The notes beneath the pieces are model-generated. The model was not told the origin of the DNA and ran no database searches. It saw only the letters and a program-made list of their open reading frames with translations. Positions 19,917-29,908 of a stretch of 64,000 bases of DNA are shown here, in pieces (positions within the stretch are counted from its first letter, which is position 1; the number at the start of each line of letters is the position of its first letter). The translations under genes and the position numbers were made by a program. Source of the DNA: Candidatus Marinacidobacterales bacterium (GTDB lineage: Bacteria > Acidobacteriota > Vicinamibacteria > Marinacidobacterales > DATDRI01); contig CBDCTW010000017.1 in assembly GCA_965222425.1 (NCBI GenBank), positions 267,579-331,578 of the forward strand. Reading direction: 5' to 3'.

Positions 19917-19985
19917 CCTCTCACATCCTCTCACATCCTCTCACATCCTCTCACATCCTCTCACATCCTCTCTCATCCTCTCTCA
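19917..19985. repeat. tandem repeat, 10-bp unit TCACATCCTC x about 6.5
   Basis: Five perfect copies at 19921-19970, one variant (TCTCATCCTC), partial copies at both ends. Sits 120 bp upstream of the HNH gene. Confidence 0.9.
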
Positions 19986-20104
19986 ACGATTTCAGCATTT
20001 TCTTCATTTCAGTCCATTTACTTTCGTCTGGCGGCGGCTAAGGACCAAGAAAAACACGTTGCTATGATTGAAGAAGCAAGACTAGAAGTGAGGGAGCGAC
20101 AATC

Positions 20105-21088
20105 ATGATTGAAAAACTGAAGACGTACTTCGAGAGGCTGGAAGGTCTTACGACTGAAGAGCTCGATCATTCTGTGGAGAAGCTGGTACGCGCCGAGAAG
20201 CGAAACGTGGCACTCGTTATCGCTCATATCGCAGAAATGTCGAGGAGAAAGGGCCATCTCGAGCGCGGCTACAAGAATCTCTTCGATTACTGCGTAAGAC
20301 GACTTGGCCTGAACGAAGGCTCGGTCGCCCGGCGGCTTCAGGTGGCCAATGTGTCGAGACGTTTTCCCCAGATCCTCATTGCGTTGGTCGAAAACCGGAT
20401 AAGCCTCACCGTTGCCGGACTGCTCGCACCCCATCTTCACGAGGAAAACGTCGAGAGGCTTCTCTCGGATTGTGCCGGAATGACGAAGCGCGAGGCCGAG
20501 GAGTACCTCGTCGCGCTCCGTCCAAAGCCCGTCTATGCTCCCTCGATTCGGAAGGCACCTTCTTTGACGGCGTCACCCCAACCGTCTCTCCCTCAAGCGG
20601 CGACGCCACGACTCGTTCCGCGGGTCTCACCAAGTATCCTCGAGCCGGCAAGGCCAGAGGTGTTCAATTTTCGCTTTGCGGCCGACCGGGAGTTTAAGGA
20701 GAAGTTCGAGCGTCTGGCGGAGGTTCTCGGGGTCGAGAACCCTCTCCAACAGATGGCCGAGATCATGGACCGGGCTATCGACATCGCGCTCGACAAGAAA
20801 GACCTGAAGCGAAAGCGTGCACGGCGTCTACTGCGGAAGTCGAGAGGCATCTACAAATCTTGCCCGGGCAAGATTCCTGCAGAGTCGCGTTACATTCCTT
20901 CACACGTCCGCGAATTAGTGCACGAGAGGGCGGGTTATCAATGTGAATTCCGGGGGCGGGACGGGACTCGTTGCCGCGCGCGGACGGGGCTTCAGATCGA
21001 GCACCTGCGGGCCTTTGCGTTGCGGGGAAGCCACGATGAGAAGAACTTATGCCTTCACTGCAGGCCGCACAATCGTTTAACGGAGTAG
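20105..21088 (+). CDS. HNH endonuclease with DUF222-like N-terminal domain
   Basis: C-terminal HVRELVHERAGYQCEFRG..RTGLQIEHLRAFALRGSHDEKNLCLHCRPHN (HNH). N-terminal region typical of DUF222. A 14-codon uORF (20064-20108) overlaps the start (ATGA). Confidence 0.7.
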   Translation: MIEKLKTYFERLEGLTTEELDHSVEKLVRAEKRNVALVIAHIAEMSRRKGHLERGYKNLFDYCVRRLGLNEGSVARRLQVANVSRRFPQILIALVENRISLTVAGLLAPHLHEENVERLLSDCAGMTKREAEEYLVALRPKPVYAPSIRKAPSLTASPQPSLPQAATPRLVPRVSPSILEPARPEVFNFRFAADREFKEKFERLAEVLGVENPLQQMAEIMDRAIDIALDKKDLKRKRARRLLRKSRGIYKSCPGKIPAESRYIPSHVRELVHERAGYQCEFRGRDGTRCRARTGLQIEHLRAFALRGSHDEKNLCLHCRPHNRLTE

Positions 21089-21199
21089 CGGACGTTCGGC
21101 GTAGCGTTCGTGCAACAGAAGATCGATGCTTCTCGACGACCGCCCTCGGCGCCGACTCATCGTAGCCAGGGCCCGGTGAGCTGAACCGCTTTAAGCGGA

Positions 21200-21540
21200 A
21201 CCCGAACTTCAAGCTATGTGTAGGATGAAGCTGTTCGGTGGTCTTTTCGCAGTCGACGGCAGACGGGTGTCCGAGCCGGCGCACGATCAACCGGTTGTCG
21301 AGCGTAAATAACTTGAGCCGGACGATGCACGATGTGTTCAGACTCGCTTCATCGAGCCTAACAATCGGCGTATCGCCCGGCCACGGCTGGTGAGCCCTTG
21401 TTGTAACCATTGCGAGAACGGAGTTTCCGCCCTCATTGAAGCTCGTCTTGCTGACAGCCAAGGCCGGCCTTCGGTTGGTCCCCGCTCCCCCCGACAAATG
21501 GGAAGGGGACGGCGACCACGTCCCAAGGTTCACAAATCAC
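21200..21540 (-). pseudogene. MazF/PemK-family toxin, frameshifted in a C6/G6 run (21486-21491); 3' end uncertain
   Basis: GTG overlapping the antitoxin stop: (M)ICEPWDVVAVPFPFVGG.. then a different frame ..RRPALAVSKTSFNEGGNSVLAMVTTRAHQPWPGDTPIVRLDEASLNTSCIVRLKLFTLDNRLIVRRLG.., the MazF pattern (RPALVVS..iTs...LDq..t.D..RL..r.G). No in-frame stop where the family normally ends. Confidence 0.4.
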
Positions 21541-21760
21541 GGAAAGCCTCGTCGTCCTCGGGTGTGTTCCATTCGTCCAATGTCTCGGAGAGTGCAGAGT
21601 GAAACGGTGCATCGAACGAGTCCAATCGGCGAATAGAAACGACCCTGTTGTCCAGCTCATACGCGATCAGGTCTCCGGGCTTCAGCCCCAAGCTCTCCCG
21701 GATCTTCTTGGGAAGAGTGACCTGCCCCTTTGATGACACTCTGCTGAGCTCCATTGCCAA
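21530..21760 (-). CDS. AbrB/MazE/SpoVT-family antitoxin
   Basis: SKGQVTLPKKIRESLGLKPGDLIAYE (SpoVT_AbrB swapped-hairpin); 76 aa, immediately upstream of the MazF-like ORF. Confidence 0.65.
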   Translation of the reverse strand: MAMELSRVSSKGQVTLPKKIRESLGLKPGDLIAYELDNRVVSIRRLDSFDAPFHSALSETLDEWNTPEDDEAFRDL

Positions 21761-21843
21761 GGCCTCCGTTTTTTCCGTAATAGGTTTGTTACCCCGGGAT
21801 GGGTCACGTGATCTACGACCCCGTTTTCTTTGCCGGCGGTCAG

Positions 21844-23229
21844 CTACTCTTCCGCGATGGCGTACAGATTCCGATGTCCCCGAAAATAAATCGTGTCGCC
21901 GACAACCGCCGGTGACGCATCGAACCGGTCATCCAAATCGTTGGTGGCTAACACCTCGAACTTGGGGCCGTGTCGGATGATCAAGGTCGTGCCCCCTCGG
22001 CCGGTGATGTAGACGCGGTCCTGGGCTCCGACCGGCGAGGCGTAGACGTTCATCACGTCCCCCAAACGTTGTGGACCGTAGTACGGCTTTCCAGACTTGG
22101 CGTTGAAGCAGGAAAGAATTCCCGAGTTGCTCTTGAAGAAATAGATCGCGTCTTTATAGAGGAGGGGTGACGGCACATAGGGCGTGTCCCTATCGTAAGT
22201 CCACACGATGGCCTTCGACCCATCGATGTCGCCCTTGGCATCGGCAAGGCGTATGGCCAACAAGGCGCTGCCGCGGAAGCCACTCGTCGCGTACACCATG
22301 CCGTCCGCTGCGACCGGCGTCGGGATGGTGTTGACGGTCATCCCACTCGCCTCCCAGATGGCCTTGCCGGTGTCGAGGTCATAGCTTCGGATGTGGTTGG
22401 TCGCGCTGGTAATGACCTGGGCCTTGCCGTCGTGCCCGACGATCAGGGGTGAAGACCAAGATGTAGTCTCGTCGCGGTTCGTTCTCCAGACTTCTTTCCC
22501 GGTCATCTTGTCCAGGGCAACGGTGAACGATTGTCCTTCGTGATCCCAGTTCACCACCAGCTTGTCGCCGTGGAGCGCCGGCGAGCTGCCTTCACCGAAG
22601 CCTTGTAGTGTCTTCATTTCTCCGAGGTCGACTTCCCAAACGGGATTACCTTTCACATCGAAGCAGTAAAGTCCGTGCGAGCCGAAGTAGGCATAAACGT
22701 GCTCGCCGTCGGTGATCGCAGACGCAGAGGCCCAGCTTCCGTCGGGATGGGTGCCTTCGTGAGGAATCTCTTCGCGGGCCGTTTTCTCCCAAAGGATGGA
22801 ACCGTCCCGGCGGTCGATCGCCATGACGACAAACTTTTGCATCGATGGAGTGATTTTTGGTCTTCTCCGGCTCCGGCCACCCTCTTGGGGCTCCAGCGCT
22901 GGTGCTGCAGCTTGCTCTTCGACGGCTACGGCGGTCAGAACGAAGAGCCGATCTCCCCAAACGACGGGCGTTCCGTATCCCTTGCCGGGGATCTCGATCT
23001 TCCAGCGTACGTTCTTGGTTTCGCTCCACTCGATGGGTGGGTTGCCGTGCGGCGCGACGCCGGTAGCCTCGGGACCTCGCCACTGTCCCCAGTACTTTTC
23101 GGCGTCGGCTGGAGGCTCGGCCGCCCAGGCAACGAAAGAAGCGACACAGAGAACAACGAGTCCAACGCTGGCTAGTGCAAGTTTTTGCATCGAGGTTAGC
23201 CCTCTCGAGTTTGTTTGATAGTTTTCCAC
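21844..23229 (-). CDS. PQQ-like beta-propeller repeat protein (BamB/YfgL-like), secreted
   Basis: Signal peptide. Repeated ..DG.VYA...G.L.A.D..TGK..W.. blades. Intact paralog of the IS-disrupted gene at 12342-15636. Confidence 0.8.
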   Translation of the reverse strand: MENYQTNSRGLTSMQKLALASVGLVVLCVASFVAWAAEPPADAEKYWGQWRGPEATGVAPHGNPPIEWSETKNVRWKIEIPGKGYGTPVVWGDRLFVLTAVAVEEQAAAPALEPQEGGRSRRRPKITPSMQKFVVMAIDRRDGSILWEKTAREEIPHEGTHPDGSWASASAITDGEHVYAYFGSHGLYCFDVKGNPVWEVDLGEMKTLQGFGEGSSPALHGDKLVVNWDHEGQSFTVALDKMTGKEVWRTNRDETTSWSSPLIVGHDGKAQVITSATNHIRSYDLDTGKAIWEASGMTVNTIPTPVAADGMVYATSGFRGSALLAIRLADAKGDIDGSKAIVWTYDRDTPYVPSPLLYKDAIYFFKSNSGILSCFNAKSGKPYYGPQRLGDVMNVYASPVGAQDRVYITGRGGTTLIIRHGPKFEVLATNDLDDRFDASPAVVGDTIYFRGHRNLYAIAEE

Positions 23230-23989
23230 ACAGCACCGAACTCGTCGTCAGCCCCCTCCGGCGGTTCGCTGAGCAGACTGACGACAATCGTTGCCAAGAA
23301 TCTCGCCGCGAACCCGGGGATCATCTCATAAAGATCGTAAAAGTATAGCTTCAAGGCTATCACCCAGATCACAGCAGTGAGAAATCCAGCCAACATCCCG
23401 GCGATGGCGCCGGCCCTGGTGGTCCTTTTCCAAAAGAGAGAGCAGAGGACGACGGGCGAGAAAGCGGAGCCGAGGCCAGACCACGCGAAGAGAGGACCAC
23501 CCAGACCGCATGGATCCCGACCATGTAGCCTATCCCCGTGAGCCCAAGGAGTAGCCACGCACTTTCACCGGTGGAGTTGGTGCTGAAGGCGATGACCGAG
23601 GAGGGAAGTTTCTTTTCCGCGAGGTAGTAGCCGGCGACGCTGCCTCCCAACCAGGTGAGGGAAAGCTCCTGCCGGGAAGGTGTGAGAAGCTCACCCGTTT
23701 CCTCGCCACGAATCCAGCGAGGCACTTTTACCGGTTGTAACGAGACGCGAAGGCCGTCGGCTCGCATTCTCGCCGCGGTCCATTCGACGGCCGCTTCGGC
23801 GCCGGCCGAGCCGCTGAGGCGCGGGCCGATACGGTCCGTAAGGTGCCGGAGAATGCCAATGCCCCGGGAATTGCTTCGGGCGGCTTTTAGGATCTGAGAT
23901 GCCGCCTTCTCGAAGGATTCGTCGCTCTCGGCCTGACCGGAACAGGGCAACATCAAGAGGAGCGCAAGCGACAACGTTCTCAAGGCCAT
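23196..23989 (-). pseudogene. fusion scar: N-terminal about 130 aa of an M28-family peptidase joined to the C-terminal about 150 aa of a sodium:solute symporter (SSS); extra frameshift
   Basis: MALRTLSLALLLMLPCSG..LTDRIGPRLSGSAGAEAAVEW.. (M28 N-terminus), then ..SVIAFSTNSTGESAWLLLGLTGIGYMVGI / GGPLFAWSGLGSAFSPVVLCSLFWKRTTRAGAIAGMLAGF..LYEMIPGFAARFLATIVVSLLS (SSS C-terminal helices). Confidence 0.5.
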
Positions 23990-24061
23990 ACGAGGAGTCC
24001 TCCGTTCGGCGCAATATATACGCTCGCCCCGATTTCTCCCAGCGCGGTGTAGAATTCCTCC

Positions 24062-25975
24062 GTGCCCGTACTCAAGACGGCGTCGCTTCTCGCTGTTTTC
24101 CTTTTGGCGACATCGCTAGCCTTCAATTGGAGCTCACCTCCTCGAGTTATCCTCTTCATCTGGGACGGTGCGGCCCAGTGGATTGCGTCGCGAATCCTGG
24201 CGGAGGGCAAGCTGCCTCATCTGCAACGGATGGTGCGCGAGGGGGCATGGTCGGATGGAATGGTCACGAGTTATCCGACCAAGACCGCAGCCGCACTTGC
24301 CGTCTTCTGGACCGGGGTCTATGGACACACCAACGGAATCACCGGGAACTCTGTGCTCCTCGAACCGGCCGCCGAGCACACTCGGTTGGAAAAGGAATCG
24401 GCGTTTTTCTCCCATCCGCTGCGGGCCGATCCGGTCTGGGTGATGACGGCGCGCGCCGGTCTGATGACCTACGTCTTCCACGCGACGCAGTCCTATCCTT
24501 TCGCCGATAGCCGCGATCGATTGCGTCCCGAAGAAACCGAGAACTTGAGGCTGCTCTACGGCTACTCGGGCCAACGCATCAACGCGGACATACTCACCGA
24601 ACGGCGCATCACCGTCGCGCCCGCGTGGGGCTGGACGATCGCGGAAGCGGAGGGGAACGAGGCACGAGAGTTCAGCCTGAGGGTCGGCGATCGATCTTTT
24701 TTGGGGCTTTTCTTCGACGACTCGTTCGATCCCGCTACCGGCTGTGACACGCTGGGGATCATTGCCAACAAGCAAGCCCGTGAATTCCTAGCACGAGTCA
24801 AGCCCGGCAAGGGTGGATCCTTCTCAGTACCTATCGCGACGACACTTCAAGGAGAGGAACTTTGGTTCTCGCTACGAGTCTTCGAGCTCGATGAGACGGC
24901 GTCTCGGTTCCTGATCTATCGGAGCAGCGCGGAAGCGATCTTCGCTTCTTCGAAGGCTTTTCCAGGACTGGGTGAGACAGCGATCGAGGCCTTCGCCGGA
25001 AATGCGGGCGACCGACTGTACAAGACGGGACGATTCGGCAGGACGCTGATGGACGGCGGTGACGGTTCGGCGGAAGAGCGGCTCCTCGCGACCGAGGCCC
25101 ATCTCAACGAACAGATTCGAAGGCAGACGGTCCGCGTTCTGGATGAAGGGGACTACCGGCTCCTCATCATGTACTCGCCGGTCACGGATGAGCTGACGCA
25201 TGCGTTCGTCGGTTACGTGGATCCTTCTATGCCAGGGTTCGACCCTGTCGTGGCCGAGAAAGTGTGGCCGACGCTCGTTTCGGCCTTCGAGATCCAAGAC
25301 GATCTGTTGGGCGCGATCATGGACTACGCCTCCCGCGACCGAGCACACGTTGTGCTGCTGGCAGATCATGGCATGGCGGGGACGAATCGGTACTTCAACG
25401 TCAATGTGGCCCTCGCCAAAGCCGGTCTTCTCGCTCTCAACTCCGATCGATCCATCGATCTCGAGCGAACCCAGGCCCTCCTCTTACCGACCGCCGACAC
25501 TTCCATCGCGGTGAATACCGTCGACCGAAAGGGCGGAAGCGTACCCCTCGAAGAAAAACCTAGAGTGCTTGCTCGAGCTCGCAAGGTTCTCGAGGCGATT
25601 GAGGACCCGGTGACCGACGAGCGAATCGTGACCGCTTTTTTCGAGCCGGCCACCCAAGGTCTCCTTCAACCCGGTGGCAGCAATACCGGTGATCTTTTTC
25701 TAGACCTGGCACGCGGGTATTACTTCTCCGATCGAACCGATAAGGACGAAGTCGTGTCACCCATGACTCCGGCAGGAAATCACATCTTCGTGCCGACGCG
25801 GCGGGACATGCTCGCGATCTGCGCGGCCTGGGGGCCGAAGGTTCCGTGGGGTAGCAAATGGTCGCGCGTTCGCGCCATCGACATCGTTCCCACGGTCCTC
25901 GACATACTGGAGTTGGTGATACCGGCCCACCTGCCCGGCAGAAGTCTGCTTCCCGAAGATTCGCTCGTTCAATGA
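24062..25975 (+). CDS. alkaline phosphatase-superfamily nucleotide pyrophosphatase/phosphodiesterase (ENPP-like), secreted
   Basis: IWDGAAQW..MVTSYPTKTAAALAVFWTGVYGHTNGITGN..LLADHGMAGT; 637 aa with signal peptide. Confidence 0.7.
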   Translation: MPVLKTASLLAVFLLATSLAFNWSSPPRVILFIWDGAAQWIASRILAEGKLPHLQRMVREGAWSDGMVTSYPTKTAAALAVFWTGVYGHTNGITGNSVLLEPAAEHTRLEKESAFFSHPLRADPVWVMTARAGLMTYVFHATQSYPFADSRDRLRPEETENLRLLYGYSGQRINADILTERRITVAPAWGWTIAEAEGNEAREFSLRVGDRSFLGLFFDDSFDPATGCDTLGIIANKQAREFLARVKPGKGGSFSVPIATTLQGEELWFSLRVFELDETASRFLIYRSSAEAIFASSKAFPGLGETAIEAFAGNAGDRLYKTGRFGRTLMDGGDGSAEERLLATEAHLNEQIRRQTVRVLDEGDYRLLIMYSPVTDELTHAFVGYVDPSMPGFDPVVAEKVWPTLVSAFEIQDDLLGAIMDYASRDRAHVVLLADHGMAGTNRYFNVNVALAKAGLLALNSDRSIDLERTQALLLPTADTSIAVNTVDRKGGSVPLEEKPRVLARARKVLEAIEDPVTDERIVTAFFEPATQGLLQPGGSNTGDLFLDLARGYYFSDRTDKDEVVSPMTPAGNHIFVPTRRDMLAICAAWGPKVPWGSKWSRVRAIDIVPTVLDILELVIPAHLPGRSLLPEDSLVQ

Positions 25976-26004
25976 TTCACAAGTCGCCGGGGTCAGATCT
26001 AGTT

Positions 26005-26292
26005 TTATGTCGTCCCTACCGTCAGGGCAAGCAGCTTCTTTCGGCCGAAACGGTCCCCGTAGGGGGATAGAAACACACCGCCAAAGGGGCGAGCGACAAA
26101 TCCGATTGCGAACGTGAGAAATGTAAGGAGGAGTGCGGTCCGCGCGTCATGCTCGGGGAAAAACTGGGACGCGAACACCGGCGCCATGAGCCCGTAGATG
26201 GTCCAGTCGTACCATTCAATGAGGTTGCCCAACGCTCCGGCGGTGACGTCACGCCATCGTCTAGTCTGACCGGCACTCGATTTGTCGGGCAT
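26005..26292 (-). pseudogene. MFS (MHS/ProP-like) transporter, N-terminal about 95 aa only
   Basis: GNLIEWYDWTIYGLMAPVFASQFFP..FVARPFGGVFLSPYGDRFGRKK then stop. The remaining 10-11 helices are absent. Confidence 0.5.
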
Positions 26293-26304
26293 GCAGCCTG
26301 TCCT

Positions 26305-27473
26305 TTAGCCGGATTGTTTCACCGCCGCGACGAGGTCGTACAGGATCTCGTCGCCTTGGCTCCAGTCGAACCAACGCAGGACGAAAACGAGGTCATTCTC
26401 CGGATCCACCCAAACGATCCCTGAGCCGGCGCCCCGCGCCGCGAAGCTCGTTCGGGGAGCGCGAGGCCAATTCTTTCCCTCGGTGTTGACCCACCACATG
26501 TAGCCATACTCGTAGTCCGGATAGACCTCGCAAGGGATCAACGCGGCATCGATCCACTGCTCGGACAAGAGCTGCTGGTCTTTCCACTTACCCCGTCGGA
26601 GGTGCAGATAGCCGAAACGTGCCAGGTCGCGCGTGCTCATCCACACCCCACCGCCCCAATGGCCTCCCCCACTCACGGAGAGCATCTTTTCTCCGTCCAC
26701 GTCGACCTCGGAGTTCCGGTACCCGTGCCACTGCCACGTGTCGGATGCGTCGATGGGATCCATGATGTATTCCTTCAGGACATCGGGTAGCGGCCGCTGC
26801 AACAACCGAAGCAATGACAGGGAGAGACGATTGATGCGCACGTCGTTATGCCCCAAGACGGCTCCCGGTTTTTGACGCACGTGCCCCGGCTTCTCCTCCG
26901 CCCAGTGCGGCTTGTCGAAGAGCGTCCCCTCCCACTCGCTCGTCTGCTGAAGGAAGTGGTGCCAGGTGATCTTGGCATTGTGCGGAGAATCAAAACCGCC
27001 GTCGTCGACCGACTTCTTCACCGGATCGTGGAAGTTCTCGATGAGCCCCTGGTCGAAAGCCAGGCCCGCGATGGTGGCGAGAAAGCTTTTCGTGATGCTG
27101 AAGGCCATGTCGACCCGCCTGGTGTCGCCAAACTCGGCCACGAGGTAACCATGCCGGAGAACGATTCCGTTGATCTCGGCCCGTTCCTTGGTGGGACCGA
27201 TGAGTTCGTTGTGCGGCTCGTCGGCGATGCGCACGCGCATCATCTCCGCGGGATCCATCGGAATGTCGGCCGGGTACTTTTTCGCGGTGGCGATTGCCTT
27301 GTCGACTCCTCCACGGCTCATCCCTACCTGCTCGGGTGTCTTCGCAATCCAGGCATCGCCGGGGCCTGGGAAGTAAACTTCAGGCTCGGGGTCGGATTGG
27401 GGTTGGGAAGCGCAACCGCTGCCGAAGATGCTGAACGTGAGGGCCAATGCCGAATAGGGGGCGCCCTGTTTCA
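26305..27473 (-). CDS. serine hydrolase, beta-lactamase/penicillin-binding-related family, lipoprotein
   Basis: Lipobox FGSGC. SITK (SxxK) active-site motif. Likely start MKQGAPYS.. at 27473. Confidence 0.75.
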
Positions 27474-27769
27474 TGGCGCGGCAAGTCTGCCACTCAGGAC
27501 CGATGGACGCAAGGTCTTCTTCTTGGGTATTGTCTGGTTTTCTATATCTAGCGGAGTAGAGTATCGGATGCCGCGTCCTGTAAGCGTCTTTGTCAGTTTT
27601 GCTATCGTTCTTGGGGCAACCTCTCTTGTTGGCCAGACTGCGGGTCCCTCGCAAGACCCTTTGATTCTGATCCCTTCCTGGCCGTAAAATCCTGACCTAA
27701 GGAGACGATTTCCATGGGCGAGCAGCAAGTCCAGCCCGATATCTCTGGTGTGAACAGCTGCGGCTCTTC

Positions 27770-29470
27770 ATGAGGAGCCTACTGAACGATCTACGGACGT
27801 TCGAGACGATGCTCGAAGAGGGCATGATCGAGTCGGACGTGCGGCGCATCGGAGCCGAACAGGAGTTTTTCTTGGTGGACGAGGGCTGGCGTCCGGCCAG
27901 TTTGGCGCTCGAGGTGCTCGACAAGATCAACGATTCCCATTTCACCACCGAGCTCGACAAGTTCAATCTCGAGGTGAATCTGGATCCGCCGGATTTCTGA
28001 TTTCTGCGGCGATTGCCTCTCCCGACTCGAATCGCGGCTCACCGAGATGCTGACCAAGGCCAGGGAGGCGGCCCAACGCTGCGGCGGGGAAATCGTGTTG
28101 ACCGGCATTCTCCCAACTCTCCGTAAATCAGATTTGGGGCTCGAGAACATGACGCCGCTCCCGCGTTATTTTGCGCTGAATCGGGCACTCAGTCGGCTAC
28201 GAGGCGGGGCCTACGAGTTCCGAATCAAGGGTGTCGATGAAGTTTTGATCAAGCATGACTCCGTCATGCTCGAGGCTTGCAACACGAGCTTCCAAATACA
28301 CTTTCAAGTGGGAGCGGAGGAGTTTTCGAACCTCTACAACGTCGCGCAAACGGTTACCGCTCCCGTGATTGCGGTGGCCACCAACTCGCCGCTTCTTTTT
28401 GGTCGCCGTCTATGGCGCGAGACGAGAATCGCTCTTTTTCAACAGGCCGTAGATACGCGAAGCTCCAGCCACCACCTGCGCGACCGCAGCCCTCGTGTCA
28501 GCTTCGGCCGGAGCTGGGTTAAGAGCTCGGCCGCCGAGCTTTTCAAGGAAGACATCGCCCGGTTCAAGATCATTCTGGGAACGGAGTTGGACGAGGATCC
28601 CTTCGCCAAGCTCGAGAAGGGTGAGGCTCCTAAGCTCAAGGCGATATCTCTGCACAACGGGACCGTCTATCGATGGAACCGCGCCTGTTATGGGATAACC
28701 GACGGCAAACCGCACCTCCGAATCGAGAACCGTGTCCTGCCATCGGGGCCGACGCCGCTCGACGAAATCGCCAATGCCGCGTTCTGGTTCGGTCTGATCA
28801 GCGCACTCTCCCACGAGTACGAGGACATCACGCAAGTCATGGAGTTCGAGGATGCAGCTGCCAACTTCATGGCCGCCAGTCAGCAGGGGCTGAGTGCCGA
28901 GCTTACTTGGTTAGAGGGAAAGACCATCCCGGCGGGGGAGCTTGTTCTGGAGAGCCTGCTACCCTTGGCGCGGAAGGGGCTCGCTCGGCGCAACATCGTT
29001 GTTGCCGACATCGATCGATACCTCGGCGTGGTCGAAGAGAGAGTCGCATCCAAGATGACGGGCTCACAGTGGATTCTGACTTCGCTCGCCGGAATGAAAG
29101 ATCACGGCACGCCTGGAGAGCGGTTGAGCGCCTTGACCGCGGCAACCGTCCATCGTCAGAAGGAAGGGAAACCGATCGCGACTTGGGAGCCGGCAAGGCT
29201 CGAAGAGGCGGGTGGTTGGAAACAGCACTACCTGAAGGTCGAGCAGTTCATGACCACCGACCTTTTTACGGTTCACGAGGACGAGCCCGTCGACCTGGTA
29301 GCCAGCTTGATGGACTGGGAGAGAATCCGCCACGTGCCGGTGGAAGACCATGACAGTCGTTTGGTGGGGCTGATCTCCTATCGTGCGCCCATCCATCTAT
29401 TGGCCCAAGGGCACCCCGAGACGGACGGGCCGCCTATCCCGGTGGGGGACATCATGAAGAAAGACCCCTT
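27770..29470 (+). pseudogene. glutamate-cysteine ligase family 2 (YbdK-type carboxylate-amine ligase) fused to a CBS domain; disrupted by a 7-bp tandem duplication and truncated after the first CBS
   Basis: RRIGAEQEFFLVD..LEVNLDPPDF* then GATTTCT GATTTCT (27992-28005), then out of frame CGDCLSRLE..MLTKAREAAQRCGGEIVLTGILPTL..QIHFQV.. (GCS2). Then VEQFMTTDLFTVHEDEPVDLVASLMDWERIRHVPVED..IPVGDIMKKDPLT (CBS). The frame collapses about 29470. Confidence 0.65.
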
Positions 29471-29900
29471 GACGTGGGGTAGCCGGCCGCCCAAATGGCT
29501 TCCCACGACGCCGCGGACACACCCATGGCGGGATGGCTGTCCGAGAGGGCGACCCATGCTGTTACAGATTCTTCGCTATGGAAATGCTCGTTGTAGTTGT
29601 CCTGATGCCAGGAAACGTAGGATGTCGCGTCGGCCGACCTGTAGAGCACTTGTTCTTTCAAACCAGGATATTCGGGCCTATGGTGTCTTCCACCGCGTCC
29701 AGGACCGCTGGGTGACGGATGAGTTCGTCGGCCCACAGCTGGACCAAGTGCATTTGCAGGAGATGGTTCTTGAGATCGTCGCCACACGACGCGAGCAAGT
29801 CTTCGGCACAGGCACGGTAGTGGGTGACCTCTTGTCGGGAAAGGACCGGAAAGGAAGCCGTCCCGCCGGTACGCTTCCAGCCGTTCGCTGGTGAGACTTT
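29452..29900 (-). pseudogene. phytanoyl-CoA dioxygenase (PhyH) family protein, frameshifted and truncated
   Basis: MGKSLTSERLEAYRRDGFL / FPVLSRQEVTHYRACAEDLLA..IRHPAVLDAVEDTIGPNILV / ..VSWHQDNYNEHFHSEESVTAWVALSDSHPAMG.. spread across three frames. Stops where the convergent GCS2-CBS gene is truncated. Confidence 0.45.
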
Positions 29901-29908
29901 TGCCCATC

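Noticed and set aside
19917-19985. 10-bp tandem repeat as a possible CRISPR array
   Set aside because: Units are contiguous with no spacers and far too short; it is a microsatellite-type repeat.
21181-21200. Short palindrome CCGCTTTAAGCGG between the convergent HNH and mazF genes as a bidirectional terminator
   Set aside because: Stem of only 4-6 bp with a 1-5-nt loop and no T-tract; too weak to call.
20775-21533. 252-aa minus-strand ORF
   Set aside because: Only its first about 100 codons look like MazF. The rest overlaps the HNH gene on the opposite strand and has no features; treated as a high-GC read-through.
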